NCBI GenBank assembly: GCA_039794005.1
Contig: JBAMMA010000019.1
Location: 12,462 to 76,461, forward strand
Direction of reading: 5' to 3'
Length of the DNA: 64,000 bases
Source of the DNA: Thermoplasmata archaeon
Lineage (GTDB): Archaea > Thermoplasmatota > Thermoplasmata > Thermoplasmatales > ARK-15
Made by a program: the position numbers and the translations under genes. The notes beneath the pieces are model-generated. The model ran no database searches, had not been told where the DNA came from, and saw only the letters and a list, made by a program, of their open reading frames with translations. The stretch's first letter is position 1. Each line of letters starts with the position of its first letter. Below, in pieces: positions 51,313-61,687 of the stretch.

Positions 51313-51441
51313 GTTAAATATTTAAATGATTTTAATATAAAAATTTTTGTATTTAAAAATTGTTTATAATTCAATATAATAAAATACTGTGAGAAAATTT
51401 TAATATCCATTAATTTATTATATTTTTAAACGGTGATGCTT

Positions 51442-51675
51442 ATGGCTATTGGCTTTGTTTTAATAAGTACAGCACCAGGAAAAGAACATGAAGTATATGA
51501 CGAATTAAAGAACATTAAAGAAATAGTAGAATTACATCCACTCTTTGGTGAATATGATTTAATAGCTAAGATCGAGGCAAAAGACTTTAATGAACTTGGT
51601 AAAATCGTAGTGGATCAAATTAGAAGTATACCGGGTGTTATAGATACAAAAACGTTGACGGGTATAAAATTCTGA
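51442..51675 (+). CDS. Lrp/AsnC ligand-binding-domain-only protein
   Basis: FVLI...PG.E..V, LFGEYDLIAKIE, IR.IPGV..T.TL; no HTH. Confidence 0.88.
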   Translation: MAIGFVLISTAPGKEHEVYDELKNIKEIVELHPLFGEYDLIAKIEAKDFNELGKIVVDQIRSIPGVIDTKTLTGIKF

Positions 51676-51687
51676 AGGGGGATATTG

Positions 51688-51990
51688 ATGGAAATACAAC
51701 TTAGTTATCTGTTGTTAGGGCAGGTTATACTCTTTATATTTTCACTGTCATTCTTAATACTTGGTGCATTTACTGCCTATTTTGGTAGTGGAAAGAGCAG
51801 GATTGCTGGAATAGGGATGTTATTGGTTGGACTTATAATAGGTGTATTTTACGCATGGTACATTCATGTTAATGAGCCAGGATATTTCACAAACTATATT
51901 CTATTGCCGGGTCTACTATACATTGGTGGTACAATTATAGGATTAATAATAGCCTTGGGATTATTTATATTGATTATAATGAAAACATAA
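51688..51990 (+). CDS. Hypothetical membrane protein (3 TM)
   Basis: Hydrophobic helices, G.FTAYFGSGKSR motif. Confidence 0.75.
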   Translation: MEIQLSYLLLGQVILFIFSLSFLILGAFTAYFGSGKSRIAGIGMLLVGLIIGVFYAWYIHVNEPGYFTNYILLPGLLYIGGTIIGLIIALGLFILIIMKT

Positions 51991-52000
51991 TATATATCAG

Positions 52001-52492
52001 GTGATTAAGTTGGATGTAACCATTGTGGCCGGATCAACATCCGATAAAGATTATGTAATAGAGTGTGCTAAGACATTGAAAGAGTTAAACATAAAATATG
52101 AAATTAAGTTTATTTCAGCACATAGAAATCCAGAAATATTAATGGAGGAAATTAAAAATTCTGATTCAAACGTTTTCATAGCAATTGCTGGAATGGCAGC
52201 TGCTTTACCTGGATTCATATCATCAATAACCCACAAACCTGTTATAGGTGTTCCACTTTCAGGAAAAGTTCCATTTGATTCTATATTGAGTATATTACAA
52301 TTGCCTAAGGGTGTTCCTGTTGCAACTGTTGGAGTGGACAATGCTAAAAATGCAGCATTGTTGGCAGCAAGGATTATTTCACTGTATAATAAAGATGTGG
52401 AAAAATCTCTATTAGAATATATTAAGAAGGAAAAAGAAAAATCTTATAACGATGGAAAAAATTTAGCTAAAGAATTGAATGAAAATGTTTGA
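52001..52492 (+). CDS. purE: N5-CAIR mutase / AIR carboxylase PurE
   Basis: [42 protein letters not shown]. Confidence 0.94.
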   Translation: MIKLDVTIVAGSTSDKDYVIECAKTLKELNIKYEIKFISAHRNPEILMEEIKNSDSNVFIAIAGMAAALPGFISSITHKPVIGVPLSGKVPFDSILSILQLPKGVPVATVGVDNAKNAALLAARIISLYNKDVEKSLLEYIKKEKEKSYNDGKNLAKELNENV

Positions 52493-53429
52493 TGCTAAAA
52501 AATTTGTAGAGGAAACAATTGAATATTTAAGAGCCAACATAGACGGAAATTCGATAATTGCAGTTTCGGGGGGAGTTGACAGTACAGTAGCTGCTAAGAT
52601 TACACACATGGCTATAGGGGATAGACTTTATCCAATATTTATAGATACTGGGCTAATGAGAAAAAATGAAGCAAATAATGTAAAAAACATGTTTTTAAGC
52701 ATTGGAATGAATATTATAGTCCATGATGCATCCGATGATTTTCTATTACATTTAAAAAATGTAACGGATCCTGAACAGAAAAGAAAAATCATAGGTGAAA
52801 GGTTCATAAGAAATTTTGAAAATTTTGCAGAAAAGGTTAATGCAAAATATTTGATTCAGGGAACAATAGCACCAGACTGGATTGAAAGTGGTGGTGGTAT
52901 AAGAGAGACAATAAAAACACATCATAACGTTGGAGGATTACCTAAGGATATAAAATTGAAAGTGGTTGAACCTTTAAGAGATTTATATAAAGATGAAGTA
53001 AGGGAGGTGGCCAAATATCTCAATATTCCAGTCTGGGATAGACAACCTTTTCCTGGTCCAGGTCTTGCTATAAGAATTATTGGAGAAGTAACAAAAGAAA
53101 AATTGGATAAATTAAGAGAAGTAACAGAAATCGTTGAAGAATATGTTGAAAAACTGGTAAATCAAAATAAAATTGAAAAACCATGGCAATATTTTGCAAT
53201 TCTATTGCCAGTGAAGAGTACTGGTGTTCATGGAGATAAAAGGGCTTATGGTGATACTGTTGTTTTAAGGATAGTGGATTCAATAGACGGCATGTCTGGT
53301 ACATTTTCAAAAATTCCTCTCGATGAATTGGAAAAGATATCTATTGAGATAACAAATAAAATACCGGATATAAATCGTGTTGTATATGATATTACAAATA
53401 AACCACCTGCAACAATAGAATGGGAATGA
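52479..53429 (+). CDS. guaAB: GMP synthase, ATP-pyrophosphatase (B) subunit
   Basis: [55 protein letters not shown]; no GATase domain. Confidence 0.94.
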   Translation: MKMFDAKKFVEETIEYLRANIDGNSIIAVSGGVDSTVAAKITHMAIGDRLYPIFIDTGLMRKNEANNVKNMFLSIGMNIIVHDASDDFLLHLKNVTDPEQKRKIIGERFIRNFENFAEKVNAKYLIQGTIAPDWIESGGGIRETIKTHHNVGGLPKDIKLKVVEPLRDLYKDEVREVAKYLNIPVWDRQPFPGPGLAIRIIGEVTKEKLDKLREVTEIVEEYVEKLVNQNKIEKPWQYFAILLPVKSTGVHGDKRAYGDTVVLRIVDSIDGMSGTFSKIPLDELEKISIEITNKIPDINRVVYDITNKPPATIEWE

Positions 53430-54658
53430 AAATGATAGGTTATTTTTTAGGTGGAGCTGAAAAAGTAGGAAGTCTAGGTTTTATATTGGAAACCGAAAAA
53501 CATAGGTTATTATTTGAATATGGTATAACTCCAACAAAACCACCAGAATATCCAATGCCAGCTCCAAAGATAGATTTTGTATTTTTGACACACTCACATT
53601 TAGACCATTCAGGAATGTTACCTTGGCTAACAACTAAATACACACCAAAGATTTTTGGAACCCAAATAACTCTAGAATTAACAGATTTGTTGTTAAGGGA
53701 CAGCCTAAAAGTAATGAATATGGAGGGTTACCCTCCTCCTTTTGATATTAACGATATAGAAAATTTGGAACCATTATATAATTCAGTGAATTACCACAAA
53801 AAGATATATTTAGATGATATGGAAATAATACCTTATAGTGCAGGTCACATTCCTGGATCTACAATGTATAAAATAAAGACTGATGATAAATCGATTCTTT
53901 TCACGGGGGATCTACAAACAATTGAAACTAACTTGATGAAAGGTGCTGAAATACCAGAGACAGACGTTTTAATAATTGAAAGCACATATGCAGGTAAAGA
54001 GCATCCTTCAAGAGAAGAAACTGAAATTAGGTTTATAGAAAAGATTGAAGAAACACTCGATAGAAATGGCAAGGTTGTAATACCAGCATTTGCAGTGGCA
54101 AGGACTCAAGAATTGATGATGGTTATGAAAAAATTGGATATGGAATATTGGATAGATGGTATGTCAAATGTTGTAAATGAGATATTCGCAAGACATGGTT
54201 CATTTCTTAAAGATTCGCACGAATTTAAGATAGCCAGAAAATATGCAAGGAAGGTTAGAAATAACTCGGATAGGAAAAAGGCATTGGAGAATGGTCTAAT
54301 AATAGCGAGCGGAGGTATGCTAGAAGGAGGACCAGTTTTACATTATATATCAAAAATTAAAGATGATGAAAAAAGTTCAATTTTAATTACCGGTTTCCAG
54401 GTTGAAAACACAAATGGAAGAATGCTATTGGATACTGGATACATTGAATTAAATGGAAATAAGCATAAAGTATTTTCTGAAGTTTCAACATTTGACTTTT
54501 CTGCTCATGCTGGGAATAGTGAATTGTTGAAATTTATTGAAAAGACTAAGGCAGAAACCGTAATTTTATGCCATGGAGAAAACAGGGAAATTATGTTTTC
54601 TCAGATAATAGATAAAAACGTATTAACACCAAAAAGTGGTGAAAAATTTGAAATATAA
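53426..54658 (+). CDS. MBL-fold beta-CASP ribonuclease (aCPSF2-like)
   Basis: LGGA..VG, THSHLDH, AGHIPGS, FTGD, IESTY, FSAHA; start 53420-53432. Confidence 0.88.
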   Translation: MKMIGYFLGGAEKVGSLGFILETEKHRLLFEYGITPTKPPEYPMPAPKIDFVFLTHSHLDHSGMLPWLTTKYTPKIFGTQITLELTDLLLRDSLKVMNMEGYPPPFDINDIENLEPLYNSVNYHKKIYLDDMEIIPYSAGHIPGSTMYKIKTDDKSILFTGDLQTIETNLMKGAEIPETDVLIIESTYAGKEHPSREETEIRFIEKIEETLDRNGKVVIPAFAVARTQELMMVMKKLDMEYWIDGMSNVVNEIFARHGSFLKDSHEFKIARKYARKVRNNSDRKKALENGLIIASGGMLEGGPVLHYISKIKDDEKSSILITGFQVENTNGRMLLDTGYIELNGNKHKVFSEVSTFDFSAHAGNSELLKFIEKTKAETVILCHGENREIMFSQIIDKNVLTPKSGEKFEI

Positions 54659-54660
54659 GA

Positions 54661-54846
54661 TTATTTGGATTTTTGCTTTTTCCTGAGAACTGTAATAGGT
54701 ATTACATTTTTTTCAAATTCCAGAATTGCAATATCAACGGGATCTATAACTCCCTCTGGAATACTAATCAATACTGGAGCACCAAGGGAAATTTGTAAAG
54801 CCCTGGCCCCAATAATTCTAGCCTTTTCAAATCTATTATAATTCAT
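54661..54846 (-). CDS. rpoK: RNA polymerase subunit K (Rpo6)
   Basis: [19 protein letters not shown]. Confidence 0.96.
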   Translation of the reverse strand: MNYNRFEKARIIGARALQISLGAPVLISIPEGVIDPVDIAILEFEKNVIPITVLRKKQKSK

Positions 54847-55010
54847 AATTTTTCACCAAAAGCAAATACCTTAATAAAAAGCAATATAAAAAATTTATTT
54901 TTTAAAAACAATTTTAAAATTTTTAAATATTTAAAATGAAAAATAATATTATAAGTTTTTATTTTCATAAAATAAAAAAAGTTTAAATAAGCAATTAAAT
55001 ACAAATAGTG

Positions 55011-55535
55011 ATGAATAATCAAACGCCAACTTGGAAGATCATAATTCTAGGTGACAAAGAAGTGGGTAAAACATCTCTAATAAACAGATATGTTTACAAT
55101 ACTTTTGATGTAATCACAAATAATAATTCCGGTACATTTATAAGAAAGATAGTCAAATGCAAAAATGGATCTGTAAATGCCTTGATAACTGAAGTTCATA
55201 TGAATACTTTTTCACAGGATAAAATATTAGGATCCAAGATAGCTATTTTAGTATGTGATTTAACAAGATATGAAACACTTGATATAATTGACGAACTGGC
55301 AAAAAAAATTAAAAAAATAAGCCCCAAGACAAAGATAGTTATAATAGCCAACAAACTTGATTTAAAATACAATGCAAAGTTTTGGGTTGAAGACATTAAA
55401 AAGATTGTCAAGGAGAATGATGCATTTACATTTGGAATAGTTAGTGCTAAAACAGGTGAAAATCTATTTGAAGGCATAGAAATATTATGCGATAAAATAT
55501 TGGAGGCTGATGCAAAATCGCAAAATTCACACTAA
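55011..55535 (+). CDS. Small Ras/Rab-like GTPase with degenerate G3
   Basis: G1 KIIILGDKEVGKTSLI.RY, G4 IANKLD, G5 VSAKTGEN; no DxxG. Confidence 0.8.
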   Translation: MNNQTPTWKIIILGDKEVGKTSLINRYVYNTFDVITNNNSGTFIRKIVKCKNGSVNALITEVHMNTFSQDKILGSKIAILVCDLTRYETLDIIDELAKKIKKISPKTKIVIIANKLDLKYNAKFWVEDIKKIVKENDAFTFGIVSAKTGENLFEGIEILCDKILEADAKSQNSH

Positions 55536-55537
55536 TA

Positions 55538-56284
55538 TTGGAAGGCAATCTTTTGAAAGTTGATCCAAGGTACTATAAATTAATTAAATCATTAAATATA
55601 AAAACGACAAAATCTGGAAAATATGTAAATGATCCATACAATGTATTATATATGTTTGAAAAAAATGAGCTGAAAATTTTAGATAAAAATAATGAAAGTA
55701 TTGGAATTAAAGATCTGATTAAAATTTTGAACATTGATGTAATTAAATACAGTGTATTCAGGTATTTTAAAAGAAGGGGATTTGAAATTGAGGAAAATGA
55801 TCATCTGGTGATTAAGAAAAACGATTTTAAAAGTGATGTCTATATAAAGAGACCTTATGAAAATGTGAAATTAAATTTCAGCGGAATTTTGGCATTAGTT
55901 GATGATTATTTGGAAACAACATTTTATTCATTTGAAAATATTGATTTAAAAGGTGAAAATTTCAACATTGAAGAAAAAGATAATTTGTTTGGTGATAAAC
56001 CAAACATTTTGGATAGAGATATGAAAATAGTCCATGACTTTTTAATACGCAATGGAATATCATTAAAATCAGGAATGAAATTTGGATGTGAATTTTTGGG
56101 ATACGTTAGGCCGGAGGATGAACATTCAAAATATATGATAAAAATAGTGAGGGAGGGCATGACATATATTGAGTCTGCCGGACTTGCAAGGGTAGCTCAT
56201 GCAACAAAAAAATCACTGATCTTAATAAAAGTAAAAAATGATAAAATTGAAAATTACAAAACGATGGAATGGATTAAAATTTAA
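55538..56284 (+). CDS. endA: tRNA-splicing endonuclease
   Basis: Two endonuclease units; the C-terminal unit has KSGMKFG.EF..Y, EHSKY and ARVAHATKK (Tyr/His/Lys triad); TTG start. Confidence 0.85.
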   Translation: MEGNLLKVDPRYYKLIKSLNIKTTKSGKYVNDPYNVLYMFEKNELKILDKNNESIGIKDLIKILNIDVIKYSVFRYFKRRGFEIEENDHLVIKKNDFKSDVYIKRPYENVKLNFSGILALVDDYLETTFYSFENIDLKGENFNIEEKDNLFGDKPNILDRDMKIVHDFLIRNGISLKSGMKFGCEFLGYVRPEDEHSKYMIKIVREGMTYIESAGLARVAHATKKSLILIKVKNDKIENYKTMEWIKI

Positions 56285-56729
56285 TTTCTTTTATCATGAG
56301 ATATGCATCTCTGGAATTTCTATAAGAAATTGAATAATAATTTTTAATTAAATACAAAATTTTGTATTCATTCTTTTTGTAAAATTTGATTGCATTATAA
56401 TTTCTAATTCTAACCTCCAAAATTGAATATTTAGCAAAATTTTCAGAGCATAATTTTTCATATTCTTTCAACAATTTCCCTCCTATACCCATTTTTCGAT
56501 ATTTTGGTAAAACTGCTATAGATTCAATATGACATGATTTTTCACCATTAAAATATTCAAAAAAGAATGATATATATCCAACAGGTTTATTTTCTATTTC
56601 ATATACCAACAATTTAGTATTTTTTAACATTTCTTTAATTTCGTAATCAGAATAGGAAAATTTTCCAAAACTTTTTTTCTCGATATATTTTATTGATTCA
56701 TAATCATTCAAATTTCCATGTCTAATCAT
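56274..56729 (-). CDS. rimI: GNAT N-terminal acetyltransferase (RimI/Ard1-like)
   Basis: IESIAV.PKYRKMGIG, LEVR..N..AI.FY, YY....DAY.M. Confidence 0.85.
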   Translation of the reverse strand: MIRHGNLNDYESIKYIEKKSFGKFSYSDYEIKEMLKNTKLLVYEIENKPVGYISFFFEYFNGEKSCHIESIAVLPKYRKMGIGGKLLKEYEKLCSENFAKYSILEVRIRNYNAIKFYKKNEYKILYLIKNYYSISYRNSRDAYLMIKEIKF

Positions 56730-56779
56730 TTCTGAATAAAAAAGACAAATTTATTAATAAATATTTCAATTCATAATGC

Positions 56780-57025
56780 ATGGAAAAACCAATTCAAGAA
56801 TATTGCCTGCACAACAGGGATGGAATGTGTTATTTTTCAATAGCTTATCCAACAAAATGTAATTTATGCTTTAATTTTGTATCCTCTGAATATAAAATAA
56901 AAAGTAAATATGGAATTAATAAAAATTTAGTCACACTTTATGATATTATGATTAGGGATGAATCATTTGAAACACTTTTTCCAAAATCTGGCGATTATAT
57001 ACAGTCTACCCTTGAGGTAAAATGA
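56780..57025 (+). CDS. Small Cys-rich hypothetical protein
   Basis: YCLHNRDGMC...KCNLC; fills the space between two genes on the opposite strand. Confidence 0.6.
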   Translation: MEKPIQEYCLHNRDGMCYFSIAYPTKCNLCFNFVSSEYKIKSKYGINKNLVTLYDIMIRDESFETLFPKSGDYIQSTLEVK

Positions 57026-58522
57026 TCAGAAATATATGAAATATATTTGCCATAAAAGTAAAAATAATATTAAAAATGATACAATCGTGGAAACATTTTC
57101 GGCCAATTTTTCATATTCCTTTTTATCTTTACATATATAAATAAAAAGATCTTTGAAAAGATATCCACCATCTAGAGGTATTAATGGCAATAAATTTGTC
57201 AACCCCAACATTAGGTTTATCCAAAATAGCCAGTAGAAGATGTTTACTATAAACCAAAAGTAATATGGATTTATTGGAGTAATAGATATGGAATATAGAT
57301 ATGAGGGTAAAGGCTCAAGTCCTGAAAATGGCATAGATATCAAATGTAAGAATCCGTTGAATAATCCCTGTGAAAATGGATTAGAAAACAAAGAATATAT
57401 GGAATATGGATCAGAGTAAGTTATATTCAAATACAATGGAACAATACCTAAAAATGGCTCCCCTTTGTACTGAATGTTGTTATATGATGGATAATAGGTA
57501 TTATAAAATGAATACTTGTCCGCCAAAGTAACAGAAATTTTTTCTATGTTTCCGTTGTAATAAAATAAAATAGTTACATTTTTACCTGGCTGGAATTTAT
57601 AAAAAATGGATTCAAAAGATGAAATATTCTTAATTGTATAATTACCCAATTTTATAATTATCATTCCAGGTTTTATACCGGATTCATATGCCGGGGAATA
57701 TTTTATTACATTGTTAACATAAACACCAGAAATTATGTTTTTATGATATTGTTTATTGTTGTGGATTATTAATAAAGACACATTCTCGCCAGGATTTATA
57801 TCCAATCTATTTATGATGGTTGAATTCACGGTAATATTATCGATTTTTAATATTATGTCCCCAGGGTTGAGGAAATTATTTCCGGATGATAAAACCACAA
57901 CTCCATTTGAGATTGGAATTGATGTATCAACAATCATTATCATTATAATTAAAGATAATATTGCAATTATAAGGTTAGTTACAGGGCCAGCTGAAAATAT
58001 TTTCATTCTCACAATGCTTTTTTCATTCTTAATCTGCTCCTCATCGGGCTCAACAAATGCTCCAACTGGAATAATAAATAGCAAAATGCCAAGGGATTTT
58101 ATATTTATTTTATTCCTGGCACTTTCTATACCATGTGAAAATTCATGAAGTAATACAGCTATAATCAAAGCAATTACACCATATAAAACTGGAATGTATG
58201 GATTTATGCCTGGTATACCCAATATACTAAGAGGTGATGGTTTAACTACCTTTGGAACGGTAACAACTATTATTGCTTCCCATATTAAAAGGCCAATAGT
58301 AAATACCATTCCAATCAATAAGAATATTATTGAAAATACACCATAATAATCCCAAAATTTATGCATTGATATTTTGTATATAAAGTTCCTACCTTTTTCA
58401 GTCTTTATCATTAAAGTAGGGCCATATAAGGATATAATTCTACTGTTACCTTTATATACGATATATAGAATTAAGATCCAAATTAATATTAGAAATAAAA
58501 TAAAAAATATAATATAATTCAT
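57026..58522 (-). CDS. Site-2 protease (M50) with PDZ domains
   Basis: LHEFSHG, GAFVEPD, AGP..N, SPA..SGIKPG (PDZ), NLLPLIPLDGG. Confidence 0.92.
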   Translation of the reverse strand: MNYIIFFILFLILIWILILYIVYKGNSRIISLYGPTLMIKTEKGRNFIYKISMHKFWDYYGVFSIIFLLIGMVFTIGLLIWEAIIVVTVPKVVKPSPLSILGIPGINPYIPVLYGVIALIIAVLLHEFSHGIESARNKINIKSLGILLFIIPVGAFVEPDEEQIKNEKSIVRMKIFSAGPVTNLIIAILSLIIMIMIVDTSIPISNGVVVLSSGNNFLNPGDIILKIDNITVNSTIINRLDINPGENVSLLIIHNNKQYHKNIISGVYVNNVIKYSPAYESGIKPGMIIIKLGNYTIKNISSFESIFYKFQPGKNVTILFYYNGNIEKISVTLADKYSFYNTYYPSYNNIQYKGEPFLGIVPLYLNITYSDPYSIYSLFSNPFSQGLFNGFLHLISMPFSGLEPLPSYLYSISITPINPYYFWFIVNIFYWLFWINLMLGLTNLLPLIPLDGGYLFKDLFIYICKDKKEYEKLAENVSTIVSFLILFLLLWQIYFIYF

Positions 58523-58523
58523 T

Positions 58524-59078
58524 TTATAAATATCCTATTTTAGCCAATTCCTGTTTTAATTTATTAACGGCCTCTATGATTTCTTCCTTTTTCTTTGCCC
58601 CGGTGCAAACCACCTTACCGGAACCAAATAACAGTAGAACTACTTTAGGCTCATCGACTCTATAGACCAGTCCTGGGAATTGCTCAGGTTCGTATTCAAC
58701 ATTCTCCAATCCAAGACTCATTGCAATGTCAGTTAAATTTAAGTCAACACCAAGGTCATAAACGGCAACAATATTCTGAACAACTATTTCTGGATTGTCA
58801 TATACATTTATACCCGCAGATTTTATTTTATTTACTATCGTTTGTATTGTTTTTTGTACAGATTCAATATCTTTGGCTCCTGTGCAATTTACCTTTCCAC
58901 TTCTAAAAATCAAAACAGCTGTTTTTGGCTCAGATAACCTATAAATAAGGCCTGGAAACTGGTCTGGTTCATATTCAGACCCGTCCAAGGCCAATGCTAT
59001 TCTTGACAAATCCAATTTATCGGCTATTGATGTTGATGCAACAATATTTTCAATGGTAATTTTATCCTCATCTGCCAT
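58524..59078 (-). CDS. tbp: TATA-box-binding protein
   Basis: Two repeats of NIVA...EYEP.QFPGL.YR..EPK...L.F.SGK..CTGAK. Confidence 0.97.
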   Translation of the reverse strand: MADEDKITIENIVASTSIADKLDLSRIALALDGSEYEPDQFPGLIYRLSEPKTAVLIFRSGKVNCTGAKDIESVQKTIQTIVNKIKSAGINVYDNPEIVVQNIVAVYDLGVDLNLTDIAMSLGLENVEYEPEQFPGLVYRVDEPKVVLLLFGSGKVVCTGAKKKEEIIEAVNKLKQELAKIGYL

Positions 59079-59147
59079 CTTTCCACCTTATAATGAATGA
59101 AATTTATTTTAATATATATATTTTCTTTTTGTTTTCTCTTTCTTTTA

Positions 59148-59828
59148 TTATTTTTTTCTATAAATATCCAAAAAAAGTGCTCCGCCCATTTTTTTAATGC
59201 CTTTTTCATATATCATACCATTATTTTCAAACATTTTTATAATTTCAGCATGTGATGGATAAAATATGTATGTATAAAATAGGGTAAAATATTCATGTAT
59301 TCTTCTGAATCTCGTAATTATCATTGAAGCAATCAGGGGAATGATCAAAATATATATAGAATAAAAAAAGAATAATAATTTGTTATCCGGCTTACCAATG
59401 TCTAAAATTATTAATTTTCCTTCCTTTTTAATGATCCTAGATATCTCTTTAGAAGCATTTTCATGAGAATATGAATCCCTGAATGAAAAACCACATGTAA
59501 CTAAGTCAAATATTTCATCTTTCAATGGAATCTGCTCCATTAATGAACAAATTTTTTCGCCATTAGTTTTATTGTATTTTAACATTTCAATGCTTGGATC
59601 TATTAAATATGAATTTTTTACCCTTTTATTTTTTGTTATTAAAATGCTGAGATTTCCAGGACCAGTCCCTATATCAGCATAATTTTCAATTTCTTCTGGA
59701 ATAAATTCTAATATTCTTTTTCTCAAATATTGTTCATTGTTTAAACTCATTACCTTATTCATTAAATCGTAATATGGTAAAATTTTTTCAAGGCTTTTTT
59801 CTAGATCCTCCCAAATTTCTTTTTTCAT
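59148..59828 (-). CDS. Class I SAM methyltransferase, UbiE/MenG-like
   Basis: YDLMNKVMSL, DIGTGPG, FDLVTCGFSFR, EISRIIK..G. Confidence 0.8.
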   Translation of the reverse strand: MKKEIWEDLEKSLEKILPYYDLMNKVMSLNNEQYLRKRILEFIPEEIENYADIGTGPGNLSILITKNKRVKNSYLIDPSIEMLKYNKTNGEKICSLMEQIPLKDEIFDLVTCGFSFRDSYSHENASKEISRIIKKEGKLIILDIGKPDNKLLFFFYSIYILIIPLIASMIITRFRRIHEYFTLFYTYIFYPSHAEIIKMFENNGMIYEKGIKKMGGALFLDIYRKK

Positions 59829-60748
59829 CTTATCACTATACCACTCCCGTACACACGAGGTGGCCTATCCTGATGTGATATTACGTAAACATCATTTGTT
59901 ATTGTAACATCGTTTTCAAAGTCAAACAATATTTTATCACCAGCAACGTCTGAAATTGTTGATGAATATCTTCCAAAATCCATATATAATGTTACCTTTG
60001 AATTTACTCCAAGACTATCTTTTATTATAGGATTTTTCCTTACCTTCATCCTAAATGAAACGGATGTGGAAAATCTTTCATGTGATGCCAGGATGCTTCC
60101 TCTAGGGACATCATCAGGATTTACTCCCCTCAATGCTACTCCTACCCTTGTACCGACATCTGCATATTCTACATCTACATCTTGGACCTGTATGCTTTTT
60201 ATTTCTGACATCTTTGGGGATGGATAAACCCTGCATTCCATATGCTTTTGAATCCTTCCCTCTTTAACAAAGCCCAATGCGACTGTTCCAACACCTTTTA
60301 CTGAAAAACTCTGATCTACAACAATATATCCCTCTCCCTGAGGTACATTTTCCCTTTTTAAATCACTTAAGAATGCACTAATGTTTTCTATATTAGGCTC
60401 AGCTATTTTTGAGTCTTGCAATTTTGTGTTTTTTATCAGAGGTTTAAAGGAATCTACATTTTCTTGAGGTACCAAAAACAAAACGTTGTTTAAATTTAAT
60501 GAATCTAAACCTAGGATTATTTCTCCCAAGGTTCTATCTATTGAATTTACTTGTACAATTGCCGCATCAGATACAGAGCCTGCCATTAAAAGTGGAGCTA
60601 TCCTCTCTGGAAATTTTACAGGGTTTAAAAACGTAAATATTTTATCATCCATTTTTGAATGATAATATTCAATATCTGTTTCTGAAGATTTTTTGGCTAT
60701 TTTCTTCAACATATCTTGATCCATTATTGTTAATATTGTATAATCCAT
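59825..60748 (-). CDS. EF-Tu/SelB-like protein with degenerate G domain
   Basis: Domain II motifs VDQSFSVKGVGTVALG, IKSIQ.QD, G.RVGVALRG, RG..L; no P-loop; likely start MDYTILT. Confidence 0.8.
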   Translation of the reverse strand: MDYTILTIMDQDMLKKIAKKSSETDIEYYHSKMDDKIFTFLNPVKFPERIAPLLMAGSVSDAAIVQVNSIDRTLGEIILGLDSLNLNNVLFLVPQENVDSFKPLIKNTKLQDSKIAEPNIENISAFLSDLKRENVPQGEGYIVVDQSFSVKGVGTVALGFVKEGRIQKHMECRVYPSPKMSEIKSIQVQDVDVEYADVGTRVGVALRGVNPDDVPRGSILASHERFSTSVSFRMKVRKNPIIKDSLGVNSKVTLYMDFGRYSSTISDVAGDKILFDFENDVTITNDVYVISHQDRPPRVYGSGIVIR

Positions 60749-60791
60749 GTAATGCAATAATTTTATATTATATATAAATTTAAGCATCACT

Positions 60792-61526
60792 ATGCTTGAT
60801 GAGGAGAGATATAAAGGAAATTTAAATTTATATTTAATCGGAAAAAATAATCAGGAATATTTAATGAAAAAGAATGTATTGGTAATAGGGGCAGGGGCCC
60901 TAGGATCATCAATTTTAACATTACTAGCTAGGAATGGAATAAATTTGGGAATTGTTGATAAAGACATAGTGAAGAAAGAAAATCTTATTAGACAAATACT
61001 ATACGATGAAAATGATATAGGTAAGAAGAAGGTAATAGCAGCAAAGGAAAAATTATCCAAAATAAATAGTGATATAAACATTGAAATATATGATACATGG
61101 TTTGATGAAAATAGTTTCACCATTTCAAAAGGATATGATATTTTAGTTGGCTCAACCGATAACTTAAAAAGTAGGCTAATAATAAATGAGGCTTCAATAT
61201 ATTACAATATACCATCAATATATGTGGCCGTAGAGGGGCAATATGGATTAATAAAACCCATAATACCAGGGAAAACATCATGTTTGAGATGCTTCTATAA
61301 AGGGAATTTGAATGAAGAAAAACATGTCATTTTAAACTCCACACCACATGCAGTATCATCCATGGCAGTAAATTTGATTTTGAAAATTCTACTAAATAAT
61401 GAAATAGAAGACATAATCTTATATATTGATACTTGGAATTTTAATATTGATAAAATAAAATTAAAAAGGGACAATAATTGCAAAATATGTGTTAATAAAA
61501 ATTTTGAGTTCATAAAAACAAAATAG
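60792..61526 (+). CDS. ThiF/MoeB/UbaA E1-like adenylyltransferase
   Basis: VIGAGALGS, VDKD.V...NL.RQ, TDN...R..IN, CLRC and C-terminal CKIC. Confidence 0.9.
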   Translation: MLDEERYKGNLNLYLIGKNNQEYLMKKNVLVIGAGALGSSILTLLARNGINLGIVDKDIVKKENLIRQILYDENDIGKKKVIAAKEKLSKINSDINIEIYDTWFDENSFTISKGYDILVGSTDNLKSRLIINEASIYYNIPSIYVAVEGQYGLIKPIIPGKTSCLRCFYKGNLNEEKHVILNSTPHAVSSMAVNLILKILLNNEIEDIILYIDTWNFNIDKIKLKRDNNCKICVNKNFEFIKTK

Positions 61527-61573
61527 TTTTTTATCAGTAAAATATTTTAACATGTAAATTTATTAATGTTCAA

Positions 61574-61646
61574 GGGCCGGTAGATCAGTTGGTAGATCGC
61601 TTCCTTGGCATGGAAGAGGCCCGGGGTTCAAATCCCCGCCGGTCCA
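61574..61646 (+). tRNA. tRNA-Ala(GGC)
   Basis: Acceptor GGGCCGG/CCGGTCC with G3:U70, anticodon arm CTTCC-TTGGCAT-GGAAG, T-loop TTCAAAT, discriminator A; CCA not encoded. Confidence 0.96.
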
Positions 61647-61687
61647 TTTTTGAAATTTTATTAAATAAAAAATTGGAGGTATAAAAA

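Noticed and set aside
52479-53429. Truncated guaA
   Set aside because: Archaeal GMP synthase is normally split into separate A and B subunits
54921-54936. 16-bp palindrome TTTTAAATATTTAAAA between rpoK and the GTPase
   Set aside because: Purely A/T in a very AT-rich spacer, so expected by chance or from back-to-back TATA boxes
59825-60748. Selenocysteine machinery
   Set aside because: The SelB-like protein has no functional G domain, and no selD, tRNA-Sec or in-frame UGA candidates were seen
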